DNA of 32,000 nucleotides from Mycolicibacterium smegmatis (GTDB lineage: Bacteria > Actinomycetota > Actinomycetes > Mycobacteriales > Mycobacteriaceae). The stretch is taken from the NCBI RefSeq assembly GCF_001457595.1, contig NZ_LN831039.1, positions 4,440,001 to 4,472,000 of the forward strand. The letters run 5' to 3'. This document shows, piece by piece, positions 23,797 through 32,000 of the stretch (position 1 is its first letter; every line of letters begins with the position of its first letter). Made by a program: the position numbers and the translations under genes. The notes under the pieces are model-generated. The model saw only the letters and a program-made list of their open reading frames with translations, was not told the DNA's origin and did not search any database.

Positions 23797-25271
23797 GCCG
23801 GTTGCACCACCGCGTCGTCATCGTCATTGGACGGGGCATCGGTGTCCGGATCGACCGCCGCGGGCCGGTCCGCCACGTTCCTGACCTTCACGATCACCGC
23901 GCCCAGCGCCAGGATCGCGCCCATGGCGACGAAGAAGCCCCAGTTCAGATACCACGCGTCGGACACCGTGCGGGGCCAGACGATGTTGACGAACTCGAAG
24001 CCGGCCCACAGCACCGCCAGCACGGCCACCGGGGTGCTGAACTTGCCCAGGTTCCACGGTCCGGGGACCCACTTGCCGCGCAGACGCGCGACCAGACCGG
24101 TCACCAGCGGGAACAGGAACGCCAGGTAGTAGCCACCCGCGGTGAACGTCACGAGCACCGAGTACACGTCGGTGGCCGAGATCAGGTAGACGAACGCGCC
24201 GATGACGGTGGTGACGATGATCGCCGTGATCGGCTGCGCCTCGGCCTTGGACAGCTTGACCAGGAACTTCGACGCGGGCAGCACCTCGTCACGGGCGAAG
24301 GACCAGATGACGCGCGATGCGGACGCCTGCAGCGCCAAAAAGCTTGCCAGGAACCCGATCACGAAAGCGAACAGGATGGGCTTGACCGCGGACTCCCCCA
24401 GCGCGCTGCTGAGCACGTAGGCCACCGGGTCGGCTTCCTCACCGGAGATGATCTTGTCGAAATCGGGCACCGCCAGCGTCACCGCGAGCGACGCGTAGGC
24501 GATCACGATCGCGATGAACGCGACCGAGAACAGCATCGCCTTCGGCACGTTGCGGCGAGGTTCCTTGACCTCTTCGGCGATGGCGCCCGCGCTCTCGAAG
24601 CCGAGGATCGACCATCCGGTGAACGCGAGGGCGGCCAGGAACGGCCCCGAGACGTAGGCCCACGACCATCCGCTGGTCAGGTCGATGCCGTGGAAGATCG
24701 CGTCGAACCCGTGGTGGCGGTGGAAGATCAGCAGGTAGGTGCCCAGGCCGATCGACGCGACGATCTCGGCGCCGATACTCGCGGCCATCAGGGCCTTGAG
24801 GAACCCGCGGCCCAGGATGTTGGCACCGGTACCCGCGAGCAGGACGAAGAGGGCCACGATGCTCTGCTGAACCGCCGTCGGGCTCTCGATGCCGACCAGT
24901 TGCGCCAGGAAGCCGGCACCCGCGTAGGCAACCGTGGCCATGATGATCACCAGCGCCCACATGTACACCCAGCCGGCGAACCACCCGGCGACGTTGCCCG
25001 CAAGGCGTTTGGTCCACTGGTAGATCGAGCCTTCGAAGGGCCAGCGCGACACCAGGTCCGCGAATGCGAGCGCGACGATGCACTGGCCGATCCCCACGAT
25101 GACGAATGTCCACCAGAAGCCGGGTCCGGCCGTCGAGAGGGACAGGCCGTAGATGCCGTACATCGCCACGATCGGCGAGATGAACGCGAATGCAAACGCA
25201 AACGCCGACCAGAGCGAGAATTCTCGCTTCAATTCCGCTGGTGCGGAACCATTTTGACGATCCGACGTCAC
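23793..25271 (-). CDS. APC-superfamily amino acid/polyamine/organocation permease
   Basis: 492 aa, about 12 hydrophobic segments, with N-terminal FSLWSAFAFAFAFISPIV...GPGFWW typical of APC permeases. GTG start is preceded by AAGGTGG. Confidence 0.9.
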   Translation of the reverse strand: MTSDRQNGSAPAELKREFSLWSAFAFAFAFISPIVAMYGIYGLSLSTAGPGFWWTFVIVGIGQCIVALAFADLVSRWPFEGSIYQWTKRLAGNVAGWFAGWVYMWALVIIMATVAYAGAGFLAQLVGIESPTAVQQSIVALFVLLAGTGANILGRGFLKALMAASIGAEIVASIGLGTYLLIFHRHHGFDAIFHGIDLTSGWSWAYVSGPFLAALAFTGWSILGFESAGAIAEEVKEPRRNVPKAMLFSVAFIAIVIAYASLAVTLAVPDFDKIISGEEADPVAYVLSSALGESAVKPILFAFVIGFLASFLALQASASRVIWSFARDEVLPASKFLVKLSKAEAQPITAIIVTTVIGAFVYLISATDVYSVLVTFTAGGYYLAFLFPLVTGLVARLRGKWVPGPWNLGKFSTPVAVLAVLWAGFEFVNIVWPRTVSDAWYLNWGFFVAMGAILALGAVIVKVRNVADRPAAVDPDTDAPSNDDDDAVVQPA

Positions 25272-25385
25272 CTATCCCACCTTTCGCTGCCTCGATGACA
25301 CGGGGGAAGTATGGCCATCTGAGGAGGCGCTCGTCGCGGTGAACCGGCCAAACCGGGTGAGGCGTACAGTCGGGCCGTGCGCCGT

Positions 25386-25399
25386 TGTAGAGCTCTACA
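25386..25399. promoter_or_regulatory. Perfect 14-bp palindrome TGTAGAGCTCTACA in the divergent region between the APC-permease operon and the response regulator
   Basis: Read directly from the sequence. It is relatively AT-rich for this DNA and lies 115 bp upstream of the permease GTG and 182 bp upstream of the regulator GTG. Confidence 0.45.
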
Positions 25400-25580
25400 T
25401 CGCGGCTCGCGACCGCCGATGGCGCGATCTGTGGGAAATCTGGCCCACCGTAGGTTTCGCGCGCCCCGGATCCGGTCGCACACTGGCCCAAGAGGGGTCG
25501 GCGCAGGCCGACATGCTGAACCTGAAATCTCCGAGGAACCGTTTTTTTCAACAGGTTTGGAGGAAAAGGGGTGAGATCCG

Positions 25581-26225
25581 GTGCGAGTGGTCATCGCCGA
25601 CGACGACGTCTTGCTGCGAGAAGGCCTGGCGAGCCTGCTCGACCGGGCGGGCATCGACGTCGTGGGTCAGGCCGGTGACGCCCGGCAGGTGCTGCATCTG
25701 GTCCGCGAAAAGAACCCCGACCTGGCCATCGTCGACATCCGGATGCCGCCCACCTTCACCGACGAAGGCCTGGGTGCCGCACACGCGATCCGCAGCGATT
25801 CGCCCGGCACCGGAATCCTGGTGCTCTCCGCGCACGTCGAGGTCGAGGACGCCATGGAGCTGCTGGCCGACGAACGCGGTGTGGGCTACCTGTTGAAAAC
25901 CCGGGTGACCGCTGTGGCCGACCTGATCGACGCGATGCACCGCATCGCCGACGGCGGTTCGGTGGTGGACCCCGTTGTGGTGACCGAATTGATTGCCGCC
26001 CATCGGCGCAACGACCCCCTGACCTGCCTCACCGCCCGTGAACGCGACGTGCTGAAACTGATGGCGGAAGGCCGGTCGAACACCGGGATCGCGCGACGCC
26101 TCTGGGTGGCCGAGGGCACGGTGGAAAAGCACATCCAGCGCATCCTGACCAAGCTGGGCCTCCCCGAGGCCGCAGACGACCACCGCAGAGTCCGCGCGGT
26201 CATCGCATTCCTGAACACGCGGTGA
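25581..26225 (+). CDS. NarL/FixJ (LuxR-type) response regulator, no adjacent histidine kinase
   Basis: The receiver domain has ADDD, the phospho-acceptor context IVDIRMP, and a conserved Lys (YLLK). The C-terminal LuxR HTH is LTARERDVLKLMAEGRSNTGIARRLWVAEGTVEKHIQ. Confidence 0.9.
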   Translation: MRVVIADDDVLLREGLASLLDRAGIDVVGQAGDARQVLHLVREKNPDLAIVDIRMPPTFTDEGLGAAHAIRSDSPGTGILVLSAHVEVEDAMELLADERGVGYLLKTRVTAVADLIDAMHRIADGGSVVDPVVVTELIAAHRRNDPLTCLTARERDVLKLMAEGRSNTGIARRLWVAEGTVEKHIQRILTKLGLPEAADDHRRVRAVIAFLNTR

Positions 26226-26329
26226 CACCCCCGCGCCGGTCCGCCAGGAGCCCATATCGATTAGGTGACAAGGGCGCAACACCCATGGCGCTGCTCATCT
26301 GAGCACTTACTCTCGGATGAGGAGAGCAA

Positions 26330-26974
26330 ATGGTCACAGATCAGAGTGCCGCAATGTCGTTCACCGCCGGGACAACCGGCCTGGTGGTGATAGACCCGTA
26401 CAACGACTTCATCTCAGAGGGTGGCAAGGTGTGGGACCGGTTGCGCGGGGTCGCCGAGGCGATCGGCTGTGTGCCGCACATGATCGAGATGACCGAGGCC
26501 GCACGCGCGTCGGGCATTCCGGTGTTCTATGCGCTGCACCGGCGTTACCGCCCCGGCGACTATGAGTCGTGGCGGTATGTCGCGCCGATCCAGCGGGCCG
26601 CCTGGTCACGCCGGACCTTCGAGTACGGCTCGTGGGGCGGTGAGATCCACCCCGACCTGGCGCCGCGCCCCGGTGACATTGTGGCCCAGGAACATTGGTG
26701 CTCCAGCGGGTTCGCCAACACCGACCTGGACATGCTGCTCAAACGCCACGGCATCCACCAGATCATCGTCGTCGGCCTCATCGCCCACACGTGCGTCGAG
26801 GCCACCGTGCGCTACGGCGCCGAACTGGGTTACCAGGTGACGCTCGTGCGCGACGCCACGGCCGATTATTCGGTCGAGGAGATGCGCGCCGCCCTCGAGG
26901 TGACCCTGCCCAACTACGCCAGTGCGATCGCGTCGACCGACGAGGTGATCCACGCCATCGCGGGAATGCGCTGA
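26330..26974 (+). CDS. Isochorismatase-family cysteine hydrolase
   Basis: LVVIDPYNDF (catalytic Asp region) and IAHTCVEAT (nucleophile Cys). SD GAGGAG lies 6 nt upstream of the ATG. Confidence 0.85.
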   Translation: MVTDQSAAMSFTAGTTGLVVIDPYNDFISEGGKVWDRLRGVAEAIGCVPHMIEMTEAARASGIPVFYALHRRYRPGDYESWRYVAPIQRAAWSRRTFEYGSWGGEIHPDLAPRPGDIVAQEHWCSSGFANTDLDMLLKRHGIHQIIVVGLIAHTCVEATVRYGAELGYQVTLVRDATADYSVEEMRAALEVTLPNYASAIASTDEVIHAIAGMR

Positions 26975-27009
26975 GACACCCACCCGGCACCAACACCGGC
27001 AATGATCCT

Positions 27010-27069
27010 GCCGAGATTGCACTGAGGGACAAGAAACCGGCGTTTCTTGTCCCTGGCTTCAATCTCGGC
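27010..27069 (+). terminator. 60-nt composite hairpin between the isochorismatase-family gene and the bacA-like gene
   Basis: Outer stem GCCGAGATTG/CAATCTCGGC (10 bp). Inner stem GGGACAAGAAAC-cggc-GTTTCTTGTCCC (12 bp, 27026-27053). It starts 36 nt after the stop at 26974. There is no clear U-tract. Confidence 0.5.
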
Positions 27070-27126
27070 GATCTCCGCTGAGGTAGCTTCACGCGAGATG
27101 CGTCGGCAAACTCAGGAGTCGGTCTG

Positions 27127-29052
27127 GTGAACGATCTCGAGCCGTTCTCGCCCTCGATCGACTGGAGCGACGAACTGGTGCACTCACTGTGGTGGCTGGC
27201 GCAGGCCTGGACCATCGCGGCGCTGTGCACGCTGGCGGTATTGGTGCTGCTCGCGCGGTACACGACATGGGGCAGGCAGTTCTGGACCGTCACGGGTGCC
27301 TACTTCACCGGGCGGCGCAGCGTGCGGGTGTGGTTCGTGCTCGGCGCGATGCTGCTGTCGGTCATCGTCGGCGTACGCCTGTCGGTGCTGTTCAGCTACC
27401 AGAGCAACGACCTGTACTCGGCCGCACAGATCGCCGTGCAGGGCTACGCGACCGGCGACGACGTGGTGAAGGACTCCGGCGTGCGGGGCTTCTGGATCTC
27501 ACTGCTGACGTTCTCGCTGCTCGCGGCGATTCTGGTGACCCGTGTGCTCGTCGACCTGTTCATGACGCAGCGGTTCATGCTGGCCTGGCGGACCTGGCTC
27601 ACCGACCGGCTCACGGGCGACTGGCTCGACGGCCGCGCGTACTACCGCAGCCGGTTCATCGACCAGACCATCGACAACCCGGACCAGCGCATCCAGTCCG
27701 ACATCGACATCTTCACCGCGCTGTCGGGCCCACAGCCCAACACCCCGCACCAGACCAGCAACGGCACGCTGCCGTTCGGGGCCATCTCGTCGATCGTGTC
27801 GGTGGTGTCGTTCACGTCGATCCTGTGGAACCTGTCGGGTGAGCTGGACGTGTTCGGTGTGCAAATCCCGCGCGCGATGTTCTGGTCGGTGTTCGTCTAC
27901 GTCGCGTTCGCGACCGTGATCGCGTTCTGGCTCGGCAGGCCGCTGATCCGGCTGTCGTTCAACAACGAAAAATTCAACGCCGCGTTCCGCTATGCCCTGG
28001 TACGCCTGCGGGACGCCGCCGAATCGGTCGCGCTGTACCGCGGCGAGAAGGCCGAGCGACGGCAACTGCGGGCGTTCTTCGCGCCCGTGGTCGACAACTA
28101 CAAGCGCTTCGTCAACCGCACCATCGTGTTCACCGGCTGGAACCTGTCGATGAACCACATCATCATCCCGTTGCCGTGGCTGCTGCAGGCGCCGCGGCTG
28201 TTCGCCGGCCAGATCCAACTGGGCGCGGTCACACAGTCGGTGACCGCGTTCGGCGCGATCCAGGACGCGTTGTCGTTCTTCCGCAACTCCTACGACACGT
28301 TCGCGGGCTACCGCGCGTCGATCATGCGTCTGCACGGGCTGGTCACCGCCGACGAGCAGGGCCGCGCGCTGCCGATGGTCCACGTCGAGAACGCCCGGAC
28401 AGCCGTCGTCGAACTCGACGACGTCGAGGTGCGCAACCCGGCCGGCGAGGAACTGGTGACCGGCCTGAGCCTGCGGTTGCATCCGGGCGCGGCGATGATC
28501 ATCACCGGCAAGTCGGGTACCGGGAAGACCACCCTGCTGCGCAGTTTGGCGCAGTTGTGGCCCTACGCCTCAGGCACCATGCGCTGCCCGCGGGGCCGCA
28601 ACGAGACGCTGTTCCTGTCGCAGCTGCCCTATGTCCCGCTCGGGGATCTGCGCACCGTGGTGTCCTATCCGCACGAGCCCGGCGACCTTCCCGACGGCGC
28701 GCTGCGCGACGCGCTGCTGGCGGTCGCGCTACCCCGCCACGCCGACCGACTCTCGGAGGTCAACGACTGGGCCAAGGTGCTCTCCCCCGGCGAGCAGCAG
28801 CGCATCGCGTTCGCCAGGGTGTTGCTCACCAGACCCAAGGTTGTGTTCCTCGACGAGGCCACCTCGGCATTGGACGAACCTTTGGAGTTCATGATCTACG
28901 GCCTGGTGCGGCGCGAACTGCCCGACACGGTGTTCGTCAGCGTCACCCACCGCACCACGGTGAACCGCCACCACGAGCAGCGCCTCGAACTCCTCGGCGG
29001 CGGGCGGTGGCGCCTGGGCCCCGTCGACGAGGCCGCGCCGGTTCCCGTGTGA
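27127..29052 (+). CDS. bacA: SbmA/BacA-like ABC transporter (TMD-NBD half transporter, Rv1819c type)
   Basis: 641 aa. The N-terminus PSIDWS...AWTIAALC...WGRQFW, then [14 protein letters not shown] and [22 protein letters not shown], match my recollection of mycobacterial Rv1819c. The NBD has [16 protein letters not shown] and [19 protein letters not shown] lies 8 nt before GTG 27127. Confidence 0.85.
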   Translation: MNDLEPFSPSIDWSDELVHSLWWLAQAWTIAALCTLAVLVLLARYTTWGRQFWTVTGAYFTGRRSVRVWFVLGAMLLSVIVGVRLSVLFSYQSNDLYSAAQIAVQGYATGDDVVKDSGVRGFWISLLTFSLLAAILVTRVLVDLFMTQRFMLAWRTWLTDRLTGDWLDGRAYYRSRFIDQTIDNPDQRIQSDIDIFTALSGPQPNTPHQTSNGTLPFGAISSIVSVVSFTSILWNLSGELDVFGVQIPRAMFWSVFVYVAFATVIAFWLGRPLIRLSFNNEKFNAAFRYALVRLRDAAESVALYRGEKAERRQLRAFFAPVVDNYKRFVNRTIVFTGWNLSMNHIIIPLPWLLQAPRLFAGQIQLGAVTQSVTAFGAIQDALSFFRNSYDTFAGYRASIMRLHGLVTADEQGRALPMVHVENARTAVVELDDVEVRNPAGEELVTGLSLRLHPGAAMIITGKSGTGKTTLLRSLAQLWPYASGTMRCPRGRNETLFLSQLPYVPLGDLRTVVSYPHEPGDLPDGALRDALLAVALPRHADRLSEVNDWAKVLSPGEQQRIAFARVLLTRPKVVFLDEATSALDEPLEFMIYGLVRRELPDTVFVSVTHRTTVNRHHEQRLELLGGGRWRLGPVDEAAPVPV

Positions 29053-29109
29053 GCAGCGGACTTTCGCATCCAGGCAGCGCGAAGGCGGCGGGCATACCAG
29101 GATGTGATC

Positions 29110-30123
29110 ATGGACCACATCACCTTCGTGCCCACCGTCGATCAGATGAACTACACCTTCGGCGGGGCCGACCCCGTCATGCGGATCAAGCCGGGCACGG
29201 TGCTGACGTTGTGGACCGAGGACGCCTACGGCGGACGCATCACCAGCGTGGACTCGGTGGCCGGCACGGCACTCGACACCGAGGACCTCAACCCGCAGAC
29301 GGGTCCGTTCTTCATCGAGGGCGCTGAGCCCGGTGACACCCTGGCGGTGCACCTGGTCGACCTCACCCCGGCCCGCACCTGGGGCGCGTCCACGCTGATC
29401 CCGTTCTTCGGCGGGCTCACCAGCATCCCGGTGAGCCCCACGCTGCAGGAACCGCTGCCCGAGCGCACCTGGATCTACGAGTACGACCCGGCCACCCACA
29501 CCGTCGGGTTCGCCGCGCGCGGCAGCGATTTCGAGGTGGCGCTGCCCGCCAACCCCATGCTCGGCACGGTCGGGGTGGCCCCGGCGCGCCGCGAGGTGCG
29601 CACGTCGCTGGTGCCCGACGCGTTCGGCGGCAACATGGACACTCCGGAGATGACCGCGGGCGCCACGTGTTATCTGCGGGTCAACGTCGAGGGCGCGCTG
29701 TTCTCCCTGGGCGACGGACACTACCGCCAGGGCGAGGGCGAGGCGTGCGGCACCGCGGTCGAGGGCGCCATGAACGTCACCGCGATCGTCGAACTCATCA
29801 AGGGCGGCGGCCCGGCCTGGCCGCGGCTGGAGACCGACACGCACCTGATGGCCATCGGCTCGGGCCGCCCGCTGGAGGAGGCGTGGCGCGCGAGCCAGGT
29901 CGAGATGATCACGTGGCTCGGTGAGCTGTACGGACTGGACAAATACGACGCCTATCAGCTGCTCACGCAGATCGCGCTGAACCCGATCGCCAATGTCGTC
30001 GACGCGAACTACAGCACGCTGACCAAGATCGACAAGCGCCTGCTGCCCCCGGCCCCGGCCTACGGCGGCATCCACGCCGAACTGCGCAGCGCAGGACGGG
30101 CACTCGGCACCATCTCCTACTGA
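29110..30123 (+). CDS. Acetamidase/formamidase-family amidohydrolase (short form)
   Basis: FmdA/AmdA-family sequence style (GPFFIEGAEPGDTLAVHLVDL...GGNMD...GDGHYRQGEGEACGTAVEGA). ATG 29110 is preferred over GTG 29104. Confidence 0.85.
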   Translation: MDHITFVPTVDQMNYTFGGADPVMRIKPGTVLTLWTEDAYGGRITSVDSVAGTALDTEDLNPQTGPFFIEGAEPGDTLAVHLVDLTPARTWGASTLIPFFGGLTSIPVSPTLQEPLPERTWIYEYDPATHTVGFAARGSDFEVALPANPMLGTVGVAPARREVRTSLVPDAFGGNMDTPEMTAGATCYLRVNVEGALFSLGDGHYRQGEGEACGTAVEGAMNVTAIVELIKGGGPAWPRLETDTHLMAIGSGRPLEEAWRASQVEMITWLGELYGLDKYDAYQLLTQIALNPIANVVDANYSTLTKIDKRLLPPAPAYGGIHAELRSAGRALGTISY

Positions 30124-30135
30124 AAAGGACCAGCC

Positions 30136-30897
30136 ATGGATCTTGGACTGACCGGTAAACGCTTCGTGGTCACGGGCGGCACGCGCGGTATCGGACGCGC
30201 GGTCGTCGAGGGACTGCTTGCCGAGGGCGCCGCGGTCGCGTTCTGTGCCCGCACTCCCGAGGCGGTCACCGCGACGCAGCAGGAACTCGCCGCCGACGGC
30301 GTCACCGTCGTCGGCACCCCGGTCGACGTCGGTGACGGCGCCGCGGTCGCCGACTGGGTCGCGCAGAGCGCCGAGACGCTCGGCGGCCTCGACGGCGTGG
30401 TGGCCAACGTGAGTGCGCTGGCCATCCCCGAGAGCCCCGAGAACTGGCGCACCAGTTTCGAGGTGGACATGATGGGCACCGTCGGGCTGGTCGACGCGGC
30501 CCTGCCGCACCTTCTGAAAAGTGACGCGGGATCCATCGTGACGATCTCGAGCGTGTCGGGCCGCGAGATCGACTTCGCGGCCGGGCCGTACGGCACGTTC
30601 AAGGCCGCGATCATCCACTACACCCAGGGCCTGGCGTACCAGCTCGCGGCGAAGGGCGTCCGCGCCAACTCGGTCAGCCCGGGCAACACCTACTTCGAGG
30701 GCGGCGTGTGGCCCACCATCGAGAAGGACGACCCCGAGTTGTTTGCTTCTGCCCTCGCGCTCAACCCCACCGGGCGGATGGGGACGCCACGTGAGGTTGC
30801 CAACGCCGTCGTGTTCCTCAGCAGCCCGGTCGCGAGCTTCATCACCGGAACGAACCTGGTGGTCGACGGTGCACTGACCCGGGGCGTGCAGTTCTGA
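30136..30897 (+). CDS. SDR-family oxidoreductase
   Basis: TGGTRGIG, the NVSA region and catalytic YGTFK. It starts 12 nt after the amidase stop. Confidence 0.85.
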   Translation: MDLGLTGKRFVVTGGTRGIGRAVVEGLLAEGAAVAFCARTPEAVTATQQELAADGVTVVGTPVDVGDGAAVADWVAQSAETLGGLDGVVANVSALAIPESPENWRTSFEVDMMGTVGLVDAALPHLLKSDAGSIVTISSVSGREIDFAAGPYGTFKAAIIHYTQGLAYQLAAKGVRANSVSPGNTYFEGGVWPTIEKDDPELFASALALNPTGRMGTPREVANAVVFLSSPVASFITGTNLVVDGALTRGVQF

Positions 30898-30921
30898 CGC
30901 GCTCCTGACGACTGTGTGCGG

Positions 30922-30938
30922 CGAGGGGAGCCCCCTCG
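30922..30938 (+). terminator. GC-rich hairpin downstream of the SDR gene
   Basis: CGAGGGG-agc-CCCCTCG has a 7-bp stem and starts 24 nt after the stop at 30897. There is no U-tract. Confidence 0.3.
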
Positions 30939-31027
30939 GAAACCCTGGCATCTGGTAAGACAGTGGGACGATAGCGGACCTAAGCACTGCCGCGTCGTGA
31001 CTTCCAGACCGAGCATCAAGGGTTTTC

Positions 31028-32000
31028 ATGGCCGTATCGACCGACCGTCCCGCCGCGCGCGAAAGCGAGCACACCGGGATCGCTCGATGGATCCGTCGAC
31101 TCGCCATCCCGATCATCCTCGGCTGGATCGCGTTGCTCGGTGTCCTGGGCGCGACCGTGCCGTCGCTGGAAGAAGTCGGCCAGATGCGGTCGGTGTCGAT
31201 GAGCCCGGACTACGCGCCGTCGGTGATCGCGATGAAGCGTGTCGGCGAGGTCTTCGAGGAGTTCAAGTCCGACAGCTCGGCCATGATCGTGCTGGAGGGC
31301 GACGAGCCGCTCGGCGACGACGCGCACATCTTCTACAACGACATGGTCGACCGGCTCGAGGCCGACACCTTGCACGTGGAGCACGTCCAGGACTTCTGGG
31401 GTGACCCGCTGACCGAGGCCGGCGCGCAGAGCAACGACGGCAGGGCTGCGTACGTCCAGGTGTTCCTCGCGGGCAACATGGGTGAGGCGCTGGCCAACGA
31501 GTCGGTGCAGGCCGTGCAGGAGCTGGTCGAGGGACTCCAGCCGCCGCCCGGGGTAAAGGTGTACGTCACGGGCGGTTCGGCGCTGGCCAACGATCAGCAG
31601 ATCTCCGGTGACCGCAGCGTGCGCATCATCGAGGCGGTGACCTTCCTGGTCATCATCACGATGCTGCTCCTCGTGTACCGCTCGATCGTCACGGTGCTCA
31701 TCACGCTGTTCCTGGTGGTGATCTGCCTGCAGTCGGCGCGCGGCGTCGTGGCGTTCCTCGGCTATCACGAGCTCATCGGCCTCTCGACGTTCGCCACGCA
31801 GCTTCTCGTGACGCTGGCCATCGCGGCGTCGACCGACTACGCGATCTTCCTCATCGGCCGCTACCAGGAGGCCCGCACCCTCGGCGAGTCCAAGGAACAG
31901 GCCTACTACACGATGTTCCGCGGCACCGCCCACGTGGTGCTGGGGTCGGGCATGACCATCGCGGGCGCCACGCTGTGCCTGCACTTCACGCGGCTACCCT
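31028..32000 (+). CDS. MmpL-family RND transporter, 3' end cut by window edge
   Basis: This gene is not in the ORF track because there is no stop in the window. My own translation from ATG 31028 reads [79 protein letters not shown]...[18 protein letters not shown]..., a typical MmpL N-terminus and TM region. The frame stays open to position 32000. Confidence 0.9.
   Translation, partial: MAVSTDRPAARESEHTGIARWIRRLAIPIILGWIALLGVLGATVPSLEEVGQMRSVSMSPDYAPSVIAMKRVGEVFEEFKSDSSAMIVLEGDEPLGDDAHIFYNDMVDRLEADTLHVEHVQDFWGDPLTEAGAQSNDGRAAYVQVFLAGNMGEALANESVQAVQELVEGLQPPPGVKVYVTGGSALANDQQISGDRSVRIIEAVTFLVIITMLLLVYRSIVTVLITLFLVVICLQSARGVVAFLGYHELIGLSTFATQLLVTLAIAASTDYAIFLIGRYQEARTLGESKEQAYYTMFRGTAHVVLGSGMTIAGATLCLHFTRLP

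Noticed and set aside
26975-27126. Cobalamin riboswitch upstream of the Rv1819c-type transporter
   Set aside because: The spacer is only 152 nt and is largely taken up by one composite hairpin. I could not find a B12-box-like core or the multi-helix architecture expected. A covariance-model search would settle this.
28729-31116. 795-aa minus-strand ORF spanning the end of the bacA-like gene, the amidase and the SDR
   Set aside because: It is antisense to three plus-strand ORFs that each carry clear family motifs (Walker/signature, FmdA-AmdA style, TGxxxGIG/YxxxK). Its composition is dominated by Arg, Gly, Ala, Asp and Val, with no motif I recognise.
30916-31404. 162-aa plus-strand ORF overlapping the start of the MmpL gene
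   Set aside because: It is in a different frame from the MmpL reading frame, which continues open to the window end with unmistakable MmpL sequence. The 162-aa translation is Arg-rich and featureless.
1-32000. Mobile elements, prophage or defence islands, CRISPR arrays, tRNA or rRNA genes
   Set aside because: I recognised no transposase, integrase or recombinase-like ORF. I also saw no long terminal inverted or direct repeats, no regularly spaced repeat array, no tRNA-like cloverleaf candidates in the short intergenic regions, and no obvious compositional break.

Overview
This is a visibly GC-rich actinobacterial chromosome segment. The gene content (MmpL transporter, Rv1819c-type BacA/SbmA ABC transporter, DUF4185 proteins, a PknE/F/H-clade Ser/Thr kinase, a tandem USP) points to a fast-growing Mycobacterium/Mycolicibacterium; that assignment is inference. 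I support 30 protein-coding genes, two of them cut by the window edges, plus a handful of hairpins and palindromes. I recognised no rRNA, tRNA, CRISPR array, IS element or prophage. Many long ORFs in the supplied track are antisense or out-of-frame artefacts of the high GC content. One real gene, the MmpL at 31028-32000, is missing from the track because it runs off the window.

Two regions stand out.

(1) Positions 18519-25271 (minus strand) hold a seven-gene, translationally coupled operon: APC permease, canonical SDR, catalytically degenerate SDR-like partner, agmatinase-family ureohydrolase, CE4 hydrolase, Rieske oxygenase, PDR-type reductase. A PucR regulator and an FmdB/formamidase pair follow in the same orientation. 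This looks like an unassigned catabolic pathway for a guanidino or other nitrogen-rich compound.

(2) Positions 485-13764 carry three DUF4185 paralogues; to my knowledge this family is the endo-D-arabinofuranase family GH183. One is a signal-less bare domain, one is secreted, and one is secreted with a roughly 330-aa low-complexity N-terminus. They are interleaved with a family-5 ABC importer operon that ends in an SDR, and a receptor Ser/Thr kinase abuts the largest paralogue. Both secreted paralogues have upstream sequences complementary to their own Shine-Dalgarno regions. All three genes end 0-1 nt from a convergent neighbour's stop codon. I propose this as a candidate arabinan remodelling/recycling locus; that is a hypothesis, not shown by the sequence.
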